64,000 bases of DNA, taken from positions 352,098,001 to 352,162,000 of the forward strand of contig OZ024743.1 in the NCBI GenBank assembly GCA_964016885.1, given 5' to 3'. Within the stretch, counting starts at the first letter, position 1. Each line of letters opens with the position of its first letter. The stretch comes from Eledone cirrhosa (lineage: Eukaryota). Positions 1 to 12,844 of this stretch are shown here, one piece after another. The translations under genes were made by a program, and so were the position numbers. The notes below the pieces were generated by a model. That model was not told the DNA's origin. It saw only the letters and a list, made by a program, of their open reading frames with translations, and did not search any database.

Positions 1-584
1 GTGAATATATGTGTCTATATATATATACATATATATTGTATATACACATTCATGTATGTATATACACACTCATGTATGTATATACACTGGTTTTATGTGT
101 GTATTGTAAATTTGTACTGTTAAAACACGAAACTAACATTCGATTGACACTTTGATTACCTGTACAGGCAATAGTTATTAGAATGCTGTTGAAGTGTGTA
201 TATATTTTTGGGGGACATCCTGTATATACACACATTATATATAATACAATAAACAGATAAATACACACATATATATATGAGCTTATTTAATTATAAATAT
301 TGTGAATTTTTAACTCAGTTCAATTATATATATAAATGGCTTCTACAGGACTAGAACTGTTTCATTCGAAAGAAATCATCATAATATTGAGAGGGGGGAC
401 TAGATAAAATATTTCAAATCAAATGTGTATAAGTTATAAGTTAAAATGTATAAATAGAGACGATAGTGGAGGTATATCTGTTTAGTGGAACAGTAGACGA
501 TAGAATTAAATACAGACGAGAATCTCCCTTTAATGAAACAGCAGACGATAGAATTAAGGCAATTTAAATTTTAAGCATTTGCAT

Positions 585-640
585 TTTTGCCTTTTATCGT
601 TACGGGGTCGATAAAATAAAGTACCAGTAATACACTGTCA
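585..640 (+). mobile_element. SINE core fragment
   Basis: tttgcctttt..cggggtcgataaaataaagtaccagt matches the central part of the fuller SINE at 39455-39640. Confidence 0.7.
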
Positions 641-1010
641 CTAGACGACTTTCAAATTGAATTGTTGGTTCCATTTCTTTAGTATTTTCAATTGTAGTTA
701 TCTACTTAAAAAGCGTTACACGGTTAGAGACATAATTCGTAAGTTATATCTTCCCTATTAAACCATTGCATTATTTCGCCTACAATAGAACAAAAATGAA
801 ATGTTCTTTAAAGAAACAGGAATATAACTTTATAAAAAAAAAAGTTGCATCCGCTTCTTTTATCATTGATAATTTTTTCGTTTTCATATTTATTGTTTTT
901 TGTAGTTGTTTATATTAAAAATCTTACTGTAATATTTACTTAAACGAAGGCAAACATCTAAACTTATAGATTAATCTTGAGCGAAGGACTAGATAAATCT
1001 CTCTCTCTCC

Positions 1011-1049
<39 letters not shown>

Positions 1050-1427
1050 AACGAAGAATGATAAAATTTCAAGCAAAGAGTTTAATTAGGTATATTTTGT
1101 AATATTATTAACTAATTATTATAATTAACGCGCATATTTTGCTATCCTCAAACACGTTTACACATGGCATGAAATATAACTAATCCGAGATGGCTAGGTT
1201 TCATCTTCTAACTGGATAAACGAAATCCATTATGTCTTGACAACAACATGAGGTAACATTATGTTATTCACAGACACACTTTGTACACTGTTCCATATCA
1301 GAATGTATTTCCTTCGTCACATTCACAAACAGTATTGAAAATATGTTCTTCGGCAAATAAAAATGTTTTGTTCATAATATTTCAACTAGCGATTGCTCTA
1401 CTCCACGCACGACCACCATAAATTAAT

Positions 1428-1615
1428 GACCAGCTCAACACAAGTATTGGTAGAGCGTCAGACACCATGCTTTGCAGTATTGTTATGGTCCTTTGCATTC
1501 TAAGTTCAAATCCTGCCGAGGTTAACTTCGACTTTCATACTTACTAATTCGATAAAATAAAGTACCAGTAATGGACTGCCGTAATGGATTTGTGCCGAAA
1601 AATAGAAACACTATT
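1428..1615 (+). mobile_element. degenerate tRNA-derived SINE
   Basis: B-box-like aagttcaaatcc followed by gccgagg...cgataaaataaagtaccagt and a ...tagaaaca tail; homologous to 39455-39640. Confidence 0.75.
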
Positions 1616-2155
1616 AATGTGCAATAAGAGCAAAATATAACGACATTGCTCAATTATTTTATCTAATGTTGTAATAACACAAGGAAATGTTGTTTGTGTA
1701 TTTTTTTTTATATTTGCTCATAGGCTTTTACAATTTCGCTCAGCCAACAACTATTAAAAAGTGAGTTGCTTAAGATAACAATTTAATCACAAATTGTTGC
1801 TATCTTTTAATACACTCCAACAAGTCATCAAATTATGTACAATAAAAACAAATCTTATTAATTTGCTCAGGGAATATAAAGAAAATGTATATACACTGAT
1901 AATTGCAATTGTATGTAAATATTGTATATTTTATGTTTTCTATTATGTATAATATATTGATTTAATATTGATTGTTTTTTGTAGTTGTTTATATTAAAAG
2001 TCTGAAAATATTTTTATACATCTTACACTAATATTTATAAGATAATTTATAATAACAATTACATAATCTAATTACATTACAACGATAATTTATTATTAAT
2101 ATATATATCCTGTTTAACTAGAGTTATTACAAGCGTTGCCTTAAAAAAATATTAA

Positions 2156-3112
2156 ACTAGACATGAAAAATGCGCAAGCTCAAAAGTGCCACAGAATGTT
2201 ATAATAAACCTTCAAAAGTGTGGGACTAGAGTTGTTGCTAAAAAATATTGTAATCATTATATATCGTACATTCTGTGGCATCCTTTATAAAAATAGCTTA
2301 AACCAACGAAGCCTTTATTTTTACGCTATTTCACTTAGTTAATTCTTAGAGTGTAACATATAAAAATAAATACATCTATGTTTAATGTAATAACAGCTAT
2401 AAATAATTACGTAATATTATTATCATATACTCATAGTAACAAAATAATTGTGTTGAAACTTAATATGATGCTTATATGAACGATCAAATCTATAATGATA
2501 ATTTCTTAAATATACTAATAGTAAAATAATTTAGTTATCTATTGTTACATTTTCATAGAACTATAATATTAACAATCGTATTGCATTATCAAATTTTTAT
2601 CACTACAAACTTTCATATTGGAATTACCTTAAGCCACTTATTATTACTTCGCTTTCGTACTTTTACAGCTGTAGATATTGCGCTGTATCTTATATCTAAT
2701 ATCAATATCTCGTGGTAATTTGCATGAAGTGTAAAATAGGTTTATTAATAACTTTAATATGAAATGTATTATACAGGGCTGCGGAGTCGGCCAAAAATTG
2801 ACTGGCTCCAACTCAGGATCCGATACTCCATTATTTCCTAAATTTCAGCTCCGCAGCTCTGTTATTATATTAATTAATTTATTTTATAGTTGTAAATCAT
2901 ATTTTTATATGTTACACTCTAAGAATTAACTAAGTGAAATAGCGTAAAAATAAAGGCTTCGTTGGTTTAAGCTATTTTTATAAAGGATGCCACAGAATGT
3001 ACGATATATAATGATTACAATATTTTTTAGCAACAACTCTAGTCCCACACTTTTGAAGGTTTATTATAACATTCTGTGGCACTTTTGAGCTTGCGCATTT
3101 TTCATGTCTAGT
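2156..3112. mobile_element. foldback/MITE-like element with 213-bp inverted arms (2156-2368 and 2900-3112)
   Basis: actagacatgaaaaatgcgcaagc...catataaaaata is the reverse complement of tatttttatatg...gcgcatttttcatgtctagt. Also present at 42264-43220. Confidence 0.75.
2774..2861. mobile_element. 88-bp hAT-type MITE nested in the foldback spacer
   Basis: TIRs cagggctgcggag / ctccgcagctctg; 8-bp flanks gtattata / ttattata (7/8 match, TSD-like). Confidence 0.65.
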
Positions 3113-3660
3113 ATATATATGTGTGTATATATTGACAGAACTATAAGGACATATTAATTTGTCCATTTTTTCTTTCAGACACATACACATACACAGACAC
3201 ACATTGGACACAACCATCCACAACCACCTGATGGTTGTGTATGGTTGTGTTTAGAAACATTTTGATGACACCCCCATTAGGTCTGTCTGTCTCTCTCTCT
3301 CTCTCTCTCTGTGCATATCTCACCCCCCCTCTCTCTTGCTGCCATACCAATTCATCGCATCAATAGAAGTTTAGTAAATACATTTTTAATAATACTTTTG
3401 CAAGCAAACACGTATACACATCATACCTTTATAATCAAAAATATATAATAATTATTTAAAATAACATAACAGGGGTCGACGTCCTGTTCAATAGGCCGTC
3501 CTCGTCAGAGTATTTCTCATTTAAAAAAATATAATTTAATATGTAACTATCAAGCAATGACCATGCTGTGAATTATGTTTCAGAGCCATTCAATTAACAT
3601 ATTTACAGGTGAGACAGGTTTTCTTTGTCACACACACACGCATATATATACACACACACC

Positions 3661-3810
3661 TTCCCACCCGGCCCACACCCCACCTCTTCACCTTAGACAT
3701 TAAATCCCTCTAAACAGTCATTCCCTACGCCGACAGCCTACGCGCCCTCCGGCACTACCTCGACCTTCGTCCCTCCCCCGTCCCCTCGACCCCACCTCCT
3801 CTGCCTCGTC
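3661..3810 (+). pseudogene. Penelope-like element RT motif A fragment (C-rich family)
   Basis: Manual translation FPPGPHPHLFTLDIKSL*TVIPYADSLRALRHYLDLRPSPVPST resembles the PLE DVxSLYTxIP motif, with a stop replacing Tyr. Confidence 0.7.
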
Positions 3811-4049
3811 TTTCTGTCTTCCTTCAGTTGCAACGTTTTTCGAAATATTTACTCCTGCGTTCACAGATTGATTTTTTTAGTTTCAGATCCCGTTATGGGT
3901 GAAAGCAGCGATTCTTTGCTTAAACTTTAATCTGTTATTTTAATAAATATTTGCTCTACGGTACTTATATATTTGATATATATTTATCCTTATCGAGCCC
4001 TCTTTGGATTTTAGTCTTCAAATTTATTATTATTACTATATATATAATA

Positions 4050-4904
4050 TTTCCAAATTGAAGGATGAGTATTTAAAACTTTATTTTATCATGAGTTAAG
4101 GCTCTATTGATTTTTCCCTGGATTTCACTAAATTCTGTTGGATGAATCTATATCCTGATTCTTTTTGAATTGAGTTTGAATTATTTTTCCCGCATCTTAC
4201 GTTAACTATTTTCCCATTTTGACGCTATAGTCACTTATATATTATGAAATACTGTGTGCTCCTTGCTCATAATAATTTCTATACTTTTCATTTATATTTA
4301 TACTCGGATTTCTTTCCTAGAGTGCTTAAATTATTTGTGACTAATCCTGGTCTTTTTTTTTAAAAACCGCGATAATATTGCTTTTTCTGAACTCCTTATT
4401 GTAGAGTTTTTTTCGGAATGTTTGTGACTGTTATTTCATGTAAACAAACATATGTCTCATTCTGACGTCACCAGCCCTGTCTCCACATGTGCGTTTTATT
4501 TTCATAATTACGCATGATGTTGAACTAGCCTGCTTTTAAATTCCCTTTCTGGCATATTATAATCAGTGAGATTTTGGTTATCGTGTTGAGCTCTGCTGAT
4601 GATCTAATCCAACCGTGACCATCACCACTGAAAGTTTCGTGAAATAGTCTTTTCAAGACTATACAGAGCATTTGTAGTTTTTCCAAATTGAAGGATGAAT
4701 ATTTTAAACTTTATTTTATCATGAGTTAAGGCTCTATTGATTTTTTCCCTGGATTTCACTAAATTCTGTTAGATGAATCTATATCCTGATTCTTTTTGAA
4801 TTGAGTTTGAATTAATTTTCCCACATCTTACGTTAACTATTTTCCCATTTTGACGCTATAGTCACTTATATATTATGAAATACTGTGTGCTTCTTGCTCA
4901 TAAT
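4050..4904. repeat. ~224-bp direct repeat pair (4050-4273 and 4680-4904)
   Basis: tttccaaattgaaggatga...cttgctcataat is present twice with few substitutions; the second copy abuts the PLE RT fragment. Confidence 0.9.
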
Positions 4905-5003
4905 GGAAAGAATTACATCCAAATTAGAGGCACAGCGATGGGAACGAAGTTTGCTCCCGTTTACGCGACCTCTGTAATGGGATACTTAGAACAACAACTC
5001 TAC
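4902..5003 (+). pseudogene. Penelope-like element RT, upstream piece (motif B'), interrupted by the rDNA cassette
   Basis: NGKNYIQIRGTAMGTKFAPVYATSVMGYLEQQLY fits the PLE Q..GTAMG...AP.YA motif; abrupt switch to GC-rich IGS at 5004. Confidence 0.88.
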
Positions 5004-8000
5004 CGAGAAAGTTCGCAACCCGCCGGCGAGGCGTATCCGCCGCCGCCGACCCGTAGGGTTGCGCAACGCCTGCGGGGAATACCACCGAGTAGGGATTTTG
5101 CAGCACGGCCAGGGGGTCCTGTCTATTATATAGGGTAGGCTTGATCGGACGAGCTCGAAGAAAACGATTCCGGGTGCTACCCGTCGAGAGTCGTGAATAT
5201 TCCGTTTTCAAGACGGGTACGTGCCGGCTTACCCTATGCTATGTCGGATGTCTCCGCCTCGACGACATGCCGTCTAGAACTCGTCCGCCCCGCCTGCACG
5301 TTAACGCCCGCTCTCCGCCTCCGCTCCGTATTCCGCCTCCGATGCGTGTTTCCGCCGTTAAGGCGTGCCAAGTTGGCCGCCTCCGACCCGTGTGGCTGCA
5401 GGGGAATCCAGCCGATGACGACGCCCGGACGGCGGCGTGGTGTTGCTTGGTCGATGCGACGACAACACGCCGCCAACTTGCCTCCTTCGGGGAGGCCCCG
5501 TGTAGACGGCGGAAAGAAATCCATTTCGCCGGCTAAGCGGTTCCGCCGCCGACCCGTACTTTTACGAGTAGCTGCCGGGAAAGACAGGCGGCAAGACGGC
5601 GTGTATACGCGAAGCGAGGCGAAGCTCCCCGACGCGACACGACGCCTTCCGTCTTCCGCCTCGAACCCGGCAAACGTTCCTTTATTCGTCCACGCCTTCA
5701 CGCTTCGATCGTGGAAAGAAATCCAATCCGCCGGCTAGGCGGTTCCGCTGCCGACCCGTACTTTTACGAGTAGCTGCCGGGAAAGACAGGCGGCAAGACG
5801 GCGTGTATACGCGAAGTTCCGCCACGCGACACGACGCCTTCCGTCTTCCGCCTCGAACCCGGCAAACGTTCCTTTATTCGTTCTCGCCTTGCCGCTTCGA
5901 TCGCGAGAAAGTTCGCAACCCGCCGGCGAGGCGTATCCGCCGCCGACCCGTAGGGTTGCGCAACGCCTGCGGGGAATACCACCGAGTAGGGATTTTGCAG
6001 CACGGCCAGGGGGTCCTGTCTATTATATAGGGTAGGCTTGATCGGACGAGCTCGAAGAAAACGATTCCGGGTGCTACCCGTGTGGCTGCAGGGGAATCCT
6101 CCCGATGACGACGCCCGGACGGCGGAAAGAAATCCATTCCGCCGGCTAGGCGTTTCCGCCGCCGACCCGTACTTTTACGAGTAGCTGCCGGGAAAGACAG
6201 GCGGCAAGACGGCGTGTATACCCGTCGCGAGGCGAAGTTCCGCGACGCGACACGACGCCTTCCGTCTTCCGCATCGAACCCGGCAAACGTTCCTTTATTC
6301 GTCCACGCCTTCCCGCTTCGATCGCGGAAAGAAATCCAATCCGCCGGCTAGGCGGTTCCGCTCCCGACCCGTACTTTTACGAGTAGCTGCCGGGAAAGAC
6401 AGGCGGCAAGACGGCGTGTATACGCGAAGTTCCGCGACGCGACACGACGCCTTCCGTCTTCCGCCTCGAACCCGGCAAACGTTCCTTTATTCGTTCACGC
6501 CTTCTCGCTTCGATCGCGAGGAAGTTCGCAACCCGCCGGCGAGGCGTATCCGCCGCCGACCCGTAGGGTTGCGCAACGCCTGCGGGGAATACCACCGAGT
6601 AGGGATTTTGCAGCACGGCCAGGGGGTCCTGTCTATTATATAGGGTAGGCTTGATCGGACGAGCTCGAAGAAAACGATTCCGGGTGCTACCCGTTGAGAG
6701 TCGTGAATATTCCGTTTTCAAGACGGTTACGTGCCGGCTTACTCTATGCTATGTCGGATGTCTCCGCCTCGACGACATGCCGTCTAGAACTCGTCCGCCC
6801 CGCCTGCACGTTAACGCCCGCTCTCCGCCTCCGATGCGTGTTTCCGCCGTTAAGGCGTGCCAAGTTGGCCGCCTCCGACCCGTGTGGCTGCAGGGGAATC
6901 TAGCCGATGACGACGCCCGGACGGCGGCGTGGTGTAGCTTGGTCGATGCGACGACAACACGCCGCCAACTTGCTTCCTTCGGGGAGGCCCCGTGTAGACG
7001 GCGGAAAGAAATCCATTCCGCCGGCTAGGCGGTTCCGCTGCCGACCCGTACTTTTACGAGTAGCTGCCGGGAAAGACAGGCGGCAAGACGGCGTGTATAC
7101 GCGAAGCGAGGCGAAGTTCCCCGACGCGACACGACGCCTTCCGTCTTCCACCTCGAACCCTGCAAACGTTCCTTTATTCGTTCACGCCTTCTCGTTTCGA
7201 TCGCCAGAAAGTTCGCAACCCGCCGGCGAGGCGTATCCGCCGCCGACCCGCAGGGTTGCGCAACGCCTGCGGGGAATACCACCGAGTAGGGATTTTGCAG
7301 CACGGCCAGGGGGTCCTGTCTATTATATAGGGTAGGCTTGATCGGACGAGCTCGAAGAAAACGATTCCGGGTGCTACCCGTTGAGAGTCGTGAATATTCC
7401 GTTTTCAAGACGGGTACGTGCCGGCTTACTCTATGCTATGTCGGATGTCTCCGCCTCGACGACATGCCGTCTAGAACTCGTCCGCCCCGCCTGCACGTTA
7501 ACGCCCGCTCTCCGCCTCCGATGCGTGTTTCCGCCGTTAAGGCGTGCCAAGTTGGCCGCCTCCGACCCGTGTGGCTGCAGGGGAATCCAGCCGATGACGA
7601 CGCCCGGACGGCGGCGTGGTGTAGCTTGGTCGATGCGACGACAACACGCCGCCAACTTGCTTCCTTCGGGGAGGCCCCGTGTAGACGGCTGAAAGAAATC
7701 CATTCCGCCGGCTAGGCGGTTCCGCCGCCGACCCGTACTTTTACGATTAGCTGCCGGGAAAGACAGGCGGCAAGACGGCGTGTATACGCGAAGCGAGGCG
7801 AAGCTCCCCGACGCGACACGACGCCTTCCGTCTTCCGCCTCGAACCCTGCAAACGTTCCTTTATTCGTTCACGCCTTCTCGTTTCGATCGCCAGAAAGTT
7901 CGCAACCCGCCGGCGAGGCGTATCCGCCGCCGACCCGTAGGGTTGCGCAACGCCTGCGGGGAATACCACCGAGTAGGGATTTTGCAGCACGGCCAGGGGG

Positions 8001-8803
8001 TCCTGTCTATTATATAGGGTAGGCTTGATCGGACGAGCTCGAAGAAAACGATTCCGGGTGCTACCCGTTGAGAGTCGTGAATATTCCGTTTTCAAGACGG
8101 GTACGTGCCGGCTTACCCTATGCTATGACGGATGTCTCCGCCTCGACGACATGCCGTCTAGAACTCGTCCGCCCCGCCTGCACGTTAACGCCCGCCCTCC
8201 GCCTCCGATGTGTGTTCCGCCTTTAAGGGGCGTGCCCAGTTGGCCGCCTCCGACCCGTATGGCTGCAGGGGAATCCAGCCGCCGATGATGACGCCCGAAC
8301 GGCAGCGTGGATAAGCTTGGTCGTCGTCGTCGACGCGACGACAACACGCCGCCAACTAGCTTCCTTCGGGGAGGCCCCGTGTAGACGGCGGAAAGTAATC
8401 GAATCCGCCGGCTAGGCGGTTCCGCCGCCGACCCGTACTTTTGCGAGTAGCTGCCGGGAAAGAGATGCGGCAAGACGGCGTGTACACGCGACACGACGCC
8501 TTCCGCCTTCCGCCTCGTACCCGGTAAACGTTCCGCCGTTGATGCGTGCCGAGTCGGCCGCGTCCGACCGGCGGTGGCTGCAGGGGAATCCAGCCGACGA
8601 CGACGCCCGAACGGCGAAGTGGTGTAGCTTCGCCGGCGACACGCCGCCTTCTATCTCTCTAGCCATTCTAGGTCCCGCATCGACAGCGGGACCGAAGCCA
8701 ACCCGCCGTCTAGGCGGTTCCGCAGCCGACTCGTGGCGGGCGGATCGCCCTTGGGGGATTTGCAACGATTCCGGAGGATGCAGCACGGCCAGGGGCTCCT
8801 GTC
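5004..8803 (+). repeat. rDNA IGS subrepeat array with duplicated spacer promoters (includes 687-bp repeats)
   Basis: GC-rich modular repeats. Motif cagcacggccagggggtcctgtcTATTATATAGGG has its TATT at 5124, 6021, 6634, 7321 and 8008; spacing 6634-7321-8008 is 687 bp. Confidence 0.9.
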
Positions 8804-8820
8804 TATTATATAGGGTAACC
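8780..8820 (+). promoter_or_regulatory. putative RNA Pol I gene promoter / transcription start of 45S pre-rRNA
   Basis: Last copy of the repeated TATTATATAGGG motif (8804-8815) before the sequence diverges into the unique 5'ETS; resembles TATATAGGG-type Pol I initiation sites. Confidence 0.65.
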
Positions 8821-10925
8821 TCGGTCGAACGAGCTTAGTGAACGGAAGGGTGTTAGCCGTTGCAGCTTTCGGTTTACTGCGTAGGTTACGGGTTAGGCGT
8901 GTTCGGATACCCTATATGCGATGTCGTCATCGTCCACGACCCGCCCTCACGTTACAGCCCGTACACGCCGCCATCGACGAATTATTGCCTTTACAGACCG
9001 CCGCCGTCCGACCGGACCCACGATAGAAGACGTTCGTTACCGCTGGAGCAACGCAAATTACTCCTAGGTTGACGCCAACAACGAGCGCCTTCCCGTCCGG
9101 GCGACGTAAAAGTTCTGAAAGCCTTTTTCGCCGAACCTCCTCGCGCCGCCTTTTCCTCGCCTATTCTTTTTTCTTTTTTCTCCTTTTCGACGGCTAGCCG
9201 CATTTCGTGACCCGCCTTTCGATTGCGCTTCCGTCGCGGCAAAAGAATTGCCTTTTCAGACCGCCGCCGCCGTCGCCCGACCGGACCCACGATAGAAAAC
9301 GTTCGTTACCGCCGGAGCAACGCAAATTACTCCTCGGTTGACGCAAAAAAACGAACGCCTTCCCGCCCGGTCGGCGTAAAATGTCTGAAAAACCTTTTCG
9401 CCGAACGCCTCGCCGCTTCCTCCTCGCCTCTTTTTTTTTTTTTTTTCGGTCGTTCGCTCGCTCGCTCGCCGACCCTCGGCCTCGACGATTATCCACCTTC
9501 CGAACGACCGCCTTTCCGCCGTCACAGCAGTAGGTACGCGTCCGTCGTAATAGCCGTCATTTTCATGTAGGAGCAACGCCTAAATGCCCTGCAATGCGTT
9601 TGACGACGATCTACGACGGCGACGACGCGCGTCACTCTTCCTTGCTGCGACGAAGACGCTCGTTACCGCTGGAGCAACGCAAATTACTCCTAGGTTGACG
9701 CCAAAAAACGAACGCCTTCCCGCCCGGTCGGCGTAAAATGTCTGAAAAACCTTTTCGCCGAACGCCTCGCCGCTTCCTCCTCGCCACTTTTTTTTTTTTC
9801 GTTCGTTCGCTCGCTCGCCGACCCTCGGCCTCGACGATTATCCGCCTTCCGAACAACCGCCTTTCCGTCACAGCAGTAGGTACGCGTCCGTCGTAATAGC
9901 CGTCATTTTCATGTAGGAGCAACGCCTAAATGCCCTGCAATGCGTTTGACGACGATCTACGACGGCGACGACGCGCGTCACTCTTCCTTGCTGCGACGAA
10001 GGTTTTCGTTCGGCTTTTCGTCGTGGACCCGGTCAGGTCATGCCGCTGACCTCGCGTTGCGTCGCCACTGCTGCGGCGGGCTTGGGTATAGCCGTAGCTA
10101 CCCTCGTTTTGCCAACGGCGACGCGATATCTATGAAAGAAAGCGGCGTCGTCCCTCCCGAAGGGACACTGGCATCAAGTCCGGGTGTCCCTGCTTGCGCC
10201 GCTGCCTTTTATCGGGTCAGCGTCGTCCAAGTTTGCCCCGGCATACCTAGCCGTTAGGTTACGCGACGGCGGCGCTTTTCGCGTCGTCGTCGTCGTCTTC
10301 CTAACTCTCTTCCGTTGACCGCATTCCGCCGCCATGTCGAACCGATTTCTTTTTTCGTCGCAGTAACGGCGACAGCAGCTGTTGAATCGAAAGCGGAGGG
10401 CGCCGCCGCCGCCTACTTGTCTCTCTCCTCTTCTTCGAGGCCGCATGCTGCTGCCGCCCCGGCATCACGCCTCAGCTCGCACTTACGCCCAGGGAAACGC
10501 TTCCGAAAGCGGCTTCGTGCGATGCCATAGGATTGTAAACCGTCTTGCGAGCTCGTTTTCGTTTGTTTCTTTTCTTTTCTTTCATCGCCGCCGCCGAGGA
10601 GGAGGAAGAAGACTAAACGATTGGCCGGCAGTCGGCGGGCGATTTGTTTTCGTATACGCCCGTTTTTTGTCGACGACGTCGCTGGGAGAGGAGATGATCT
10701 GATTAGATTAGTAAATGTCGCCAAACGCGCAGCGCCGCGTCCTTCTTCTTTTCTCTTCGTTTCTTACCTCCACCGGCTCGTGGACCGGTTGCCGACATTT
10801 CCGTATTTTTTTTTTTTTTTGTTACGTTTTCTCATTCCGCCTACAAACGAGACGAGACGAAATTCGCTGCTGCCGCCTCCATGCGCTTCTGTTCTCGGTC
10901 GTCGTTTTGTATTTCGTGCGGAAGA
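8811..10925 (+). other. 5' external transcribed spacer (contains a 346-bp duplication in this copy)
   Basis: Lies between the putative start site and 18S; the 5' boundary is inferred. Confidence 0.65.
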
Positions 10926-12798
10926 TACCTGGTTGATCCTGCCAGTAGTCATATGCTTGTCTCAAAGCTTAAGCCATGCAAGTGTAAGTTCATGCCGTAA
11001 ACGAATGGTGAAACCGCGAATGGCTCAGAAACCGGACCTAATCCTCGGGACCGTATTCCTCACCGCGAGGAGAGTGGATAACTGTGGCAATTCTAGAGCT
11101 AATACATGCAACTGAGGCCGCGATCGCAGGTCGCACCCGGGAGTCGGGTTACAAACGCGCTCAGCGTTCCATCGCTGTCGTCGTTCCGTCTTCCCGCGCG
11201 GTCCCAACAGATCGCGTCGACACGGTCGGCCTTTGCATTGGTCGCGGCGCAAATATTAGACTGAGACCGACGACGCGTTAGATGCCGTCAGCGCCGTTCG
11301 CAGTTCGCTGCGTGCCGGTTGCGCGGTGTCGCGCATCAATTCGACTTTGGTGACTCTGGATAACTGTCAGTACGATCGCACGGGCTTAGAATCGCTTCTG
11401 GCCTTCGCGCGACGGGTCCCCCGCGAGTCCGCCCTATCAACTGTCGACGGCCCGGTAAGTGCCGACCGTGGTGGCAACGGGTAACGGGGAATCAGGGTTC
11501 GATTCCGGAGAGGGAGCATGCGAAACGGCTACCACATCCAAGGAAGGCAGCAGGCGCGCAAATTACCCACTCCCGGCACGGGGAGGTAGTGACGAAAAAT
11601 AACGACGCGGGACTCTGTCGAGGCCCCGCGATCGGAATGAGTACACTTCAAATCCGTTAACGAGGATCGACCGGAGGGCAAGTCTGGTGCCAGCAGCCGC
11701 GGTAATTCCAGCTCCGGTAGCGTATATTAAAATTGTTGCGTTTGAAAAGCTCGTAGTCGGAATTCGGGTCTCGAAAGCGCGCTGCGTCGTCAGCGCGTTC
11801 GGGGCGACGGCGCCGTTGTCGTTCGCGCGCCGCGCGTCGACTTCGGTCGTCCGTTCGCACTCCCGGCCCTATTCGCCGGTGCGTGCGCGGTCGGGCCGCA
11901 GAGCTCTGCGTGCATCGCCGCTCGGCGTCACGGTGCGGACGTCGCGTTTTTACCTTCTTGCCACGCTTCTTGCCGTTCTTCTTGCCTATTTTCCTTTCCG
12001 CGTTCGGGGACGATGCGACGACGGCGCTTTTGCTTTATCGCGGGCGTTTGCCGTTCGCCTCTCGTTTTCGTTGCGGCGCTCCGGTCAGGGTTTGGAGTGT
12101 CGTCTCGCTTGGCTATTCGGTCGGTTCTTACGTCGTCGTGCCGTCACCTCGCCGCGGTCGCGCGTTCACCTCGCGGTTTTGTTTTTCTCTCCCTGCGCGT
12201 TTGCCTTTTTCTTTTCGAAAGGAGAGGTTCGTCGTCGCCAGGGTTGGATACGACGGCGTGATCGGTTTCGTCGTCGCGTCGTCTCGGCGCGTCGCTTTCC
12301 TGCGGCCGCCGTTTTGTCGTCGCGCGCGTCGTTCCGTTTCGCCGCCGATCCGCACGGTTCCTCCGAGGGTGCTCTTTACCGAGTGTCCGAGGCGGCCGGT
12401 ACGTTCACTGTGAAAAAATTAGAGTGCTCAGAGCGAGCCGCACCGGCTTGCATACGAAAAGCATGGAATGATGGAAAATGGCCTCGTCCGCGCGTCATCC
12501 GTCGGTCTCCGTTCACGACGAGGCAATGATCGAAGGGAGCGATCGGGGCCACTCGTATTGCGACGTTAGAGGTGAAATTCTTGGATCGTCGCAAGACGCA
12601 CTGCAGCGACGGCGTGTGGCAAGCACGTTTTCCTCGATCAAGAGCGAAAGTCGGAGGTTCGAAGACGATCAGATACCGTCGTAGTTCCGACCGTAAACGA
12701 TGCCGACTGGCGCTCCGCCGGCGTTCGCTTCGATGACCCGGCGGGGAGCCTGCGCGGGAAACTATAGTCGGTTCCGGGGGGAGTATGGTTGCAAAACA

Positions 12799-12844
<46 letters not shown>

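Noticed and set aside
3470-3512. Minus-strand hammerhead-like motif ctgacga-ggacg...cgtc-ga
   Set aside because: The required GAAA reads GACC and stems I/III are not evident; at most a decayed PLE hammerhead.
5003-5007. ccgag as a true target-site duplication of the rDNA cassette
   Set aside because: Most of these bases are also explained by IGS sequence on each side, and collapsing them does not restore the RT frame; treated as microhomology.
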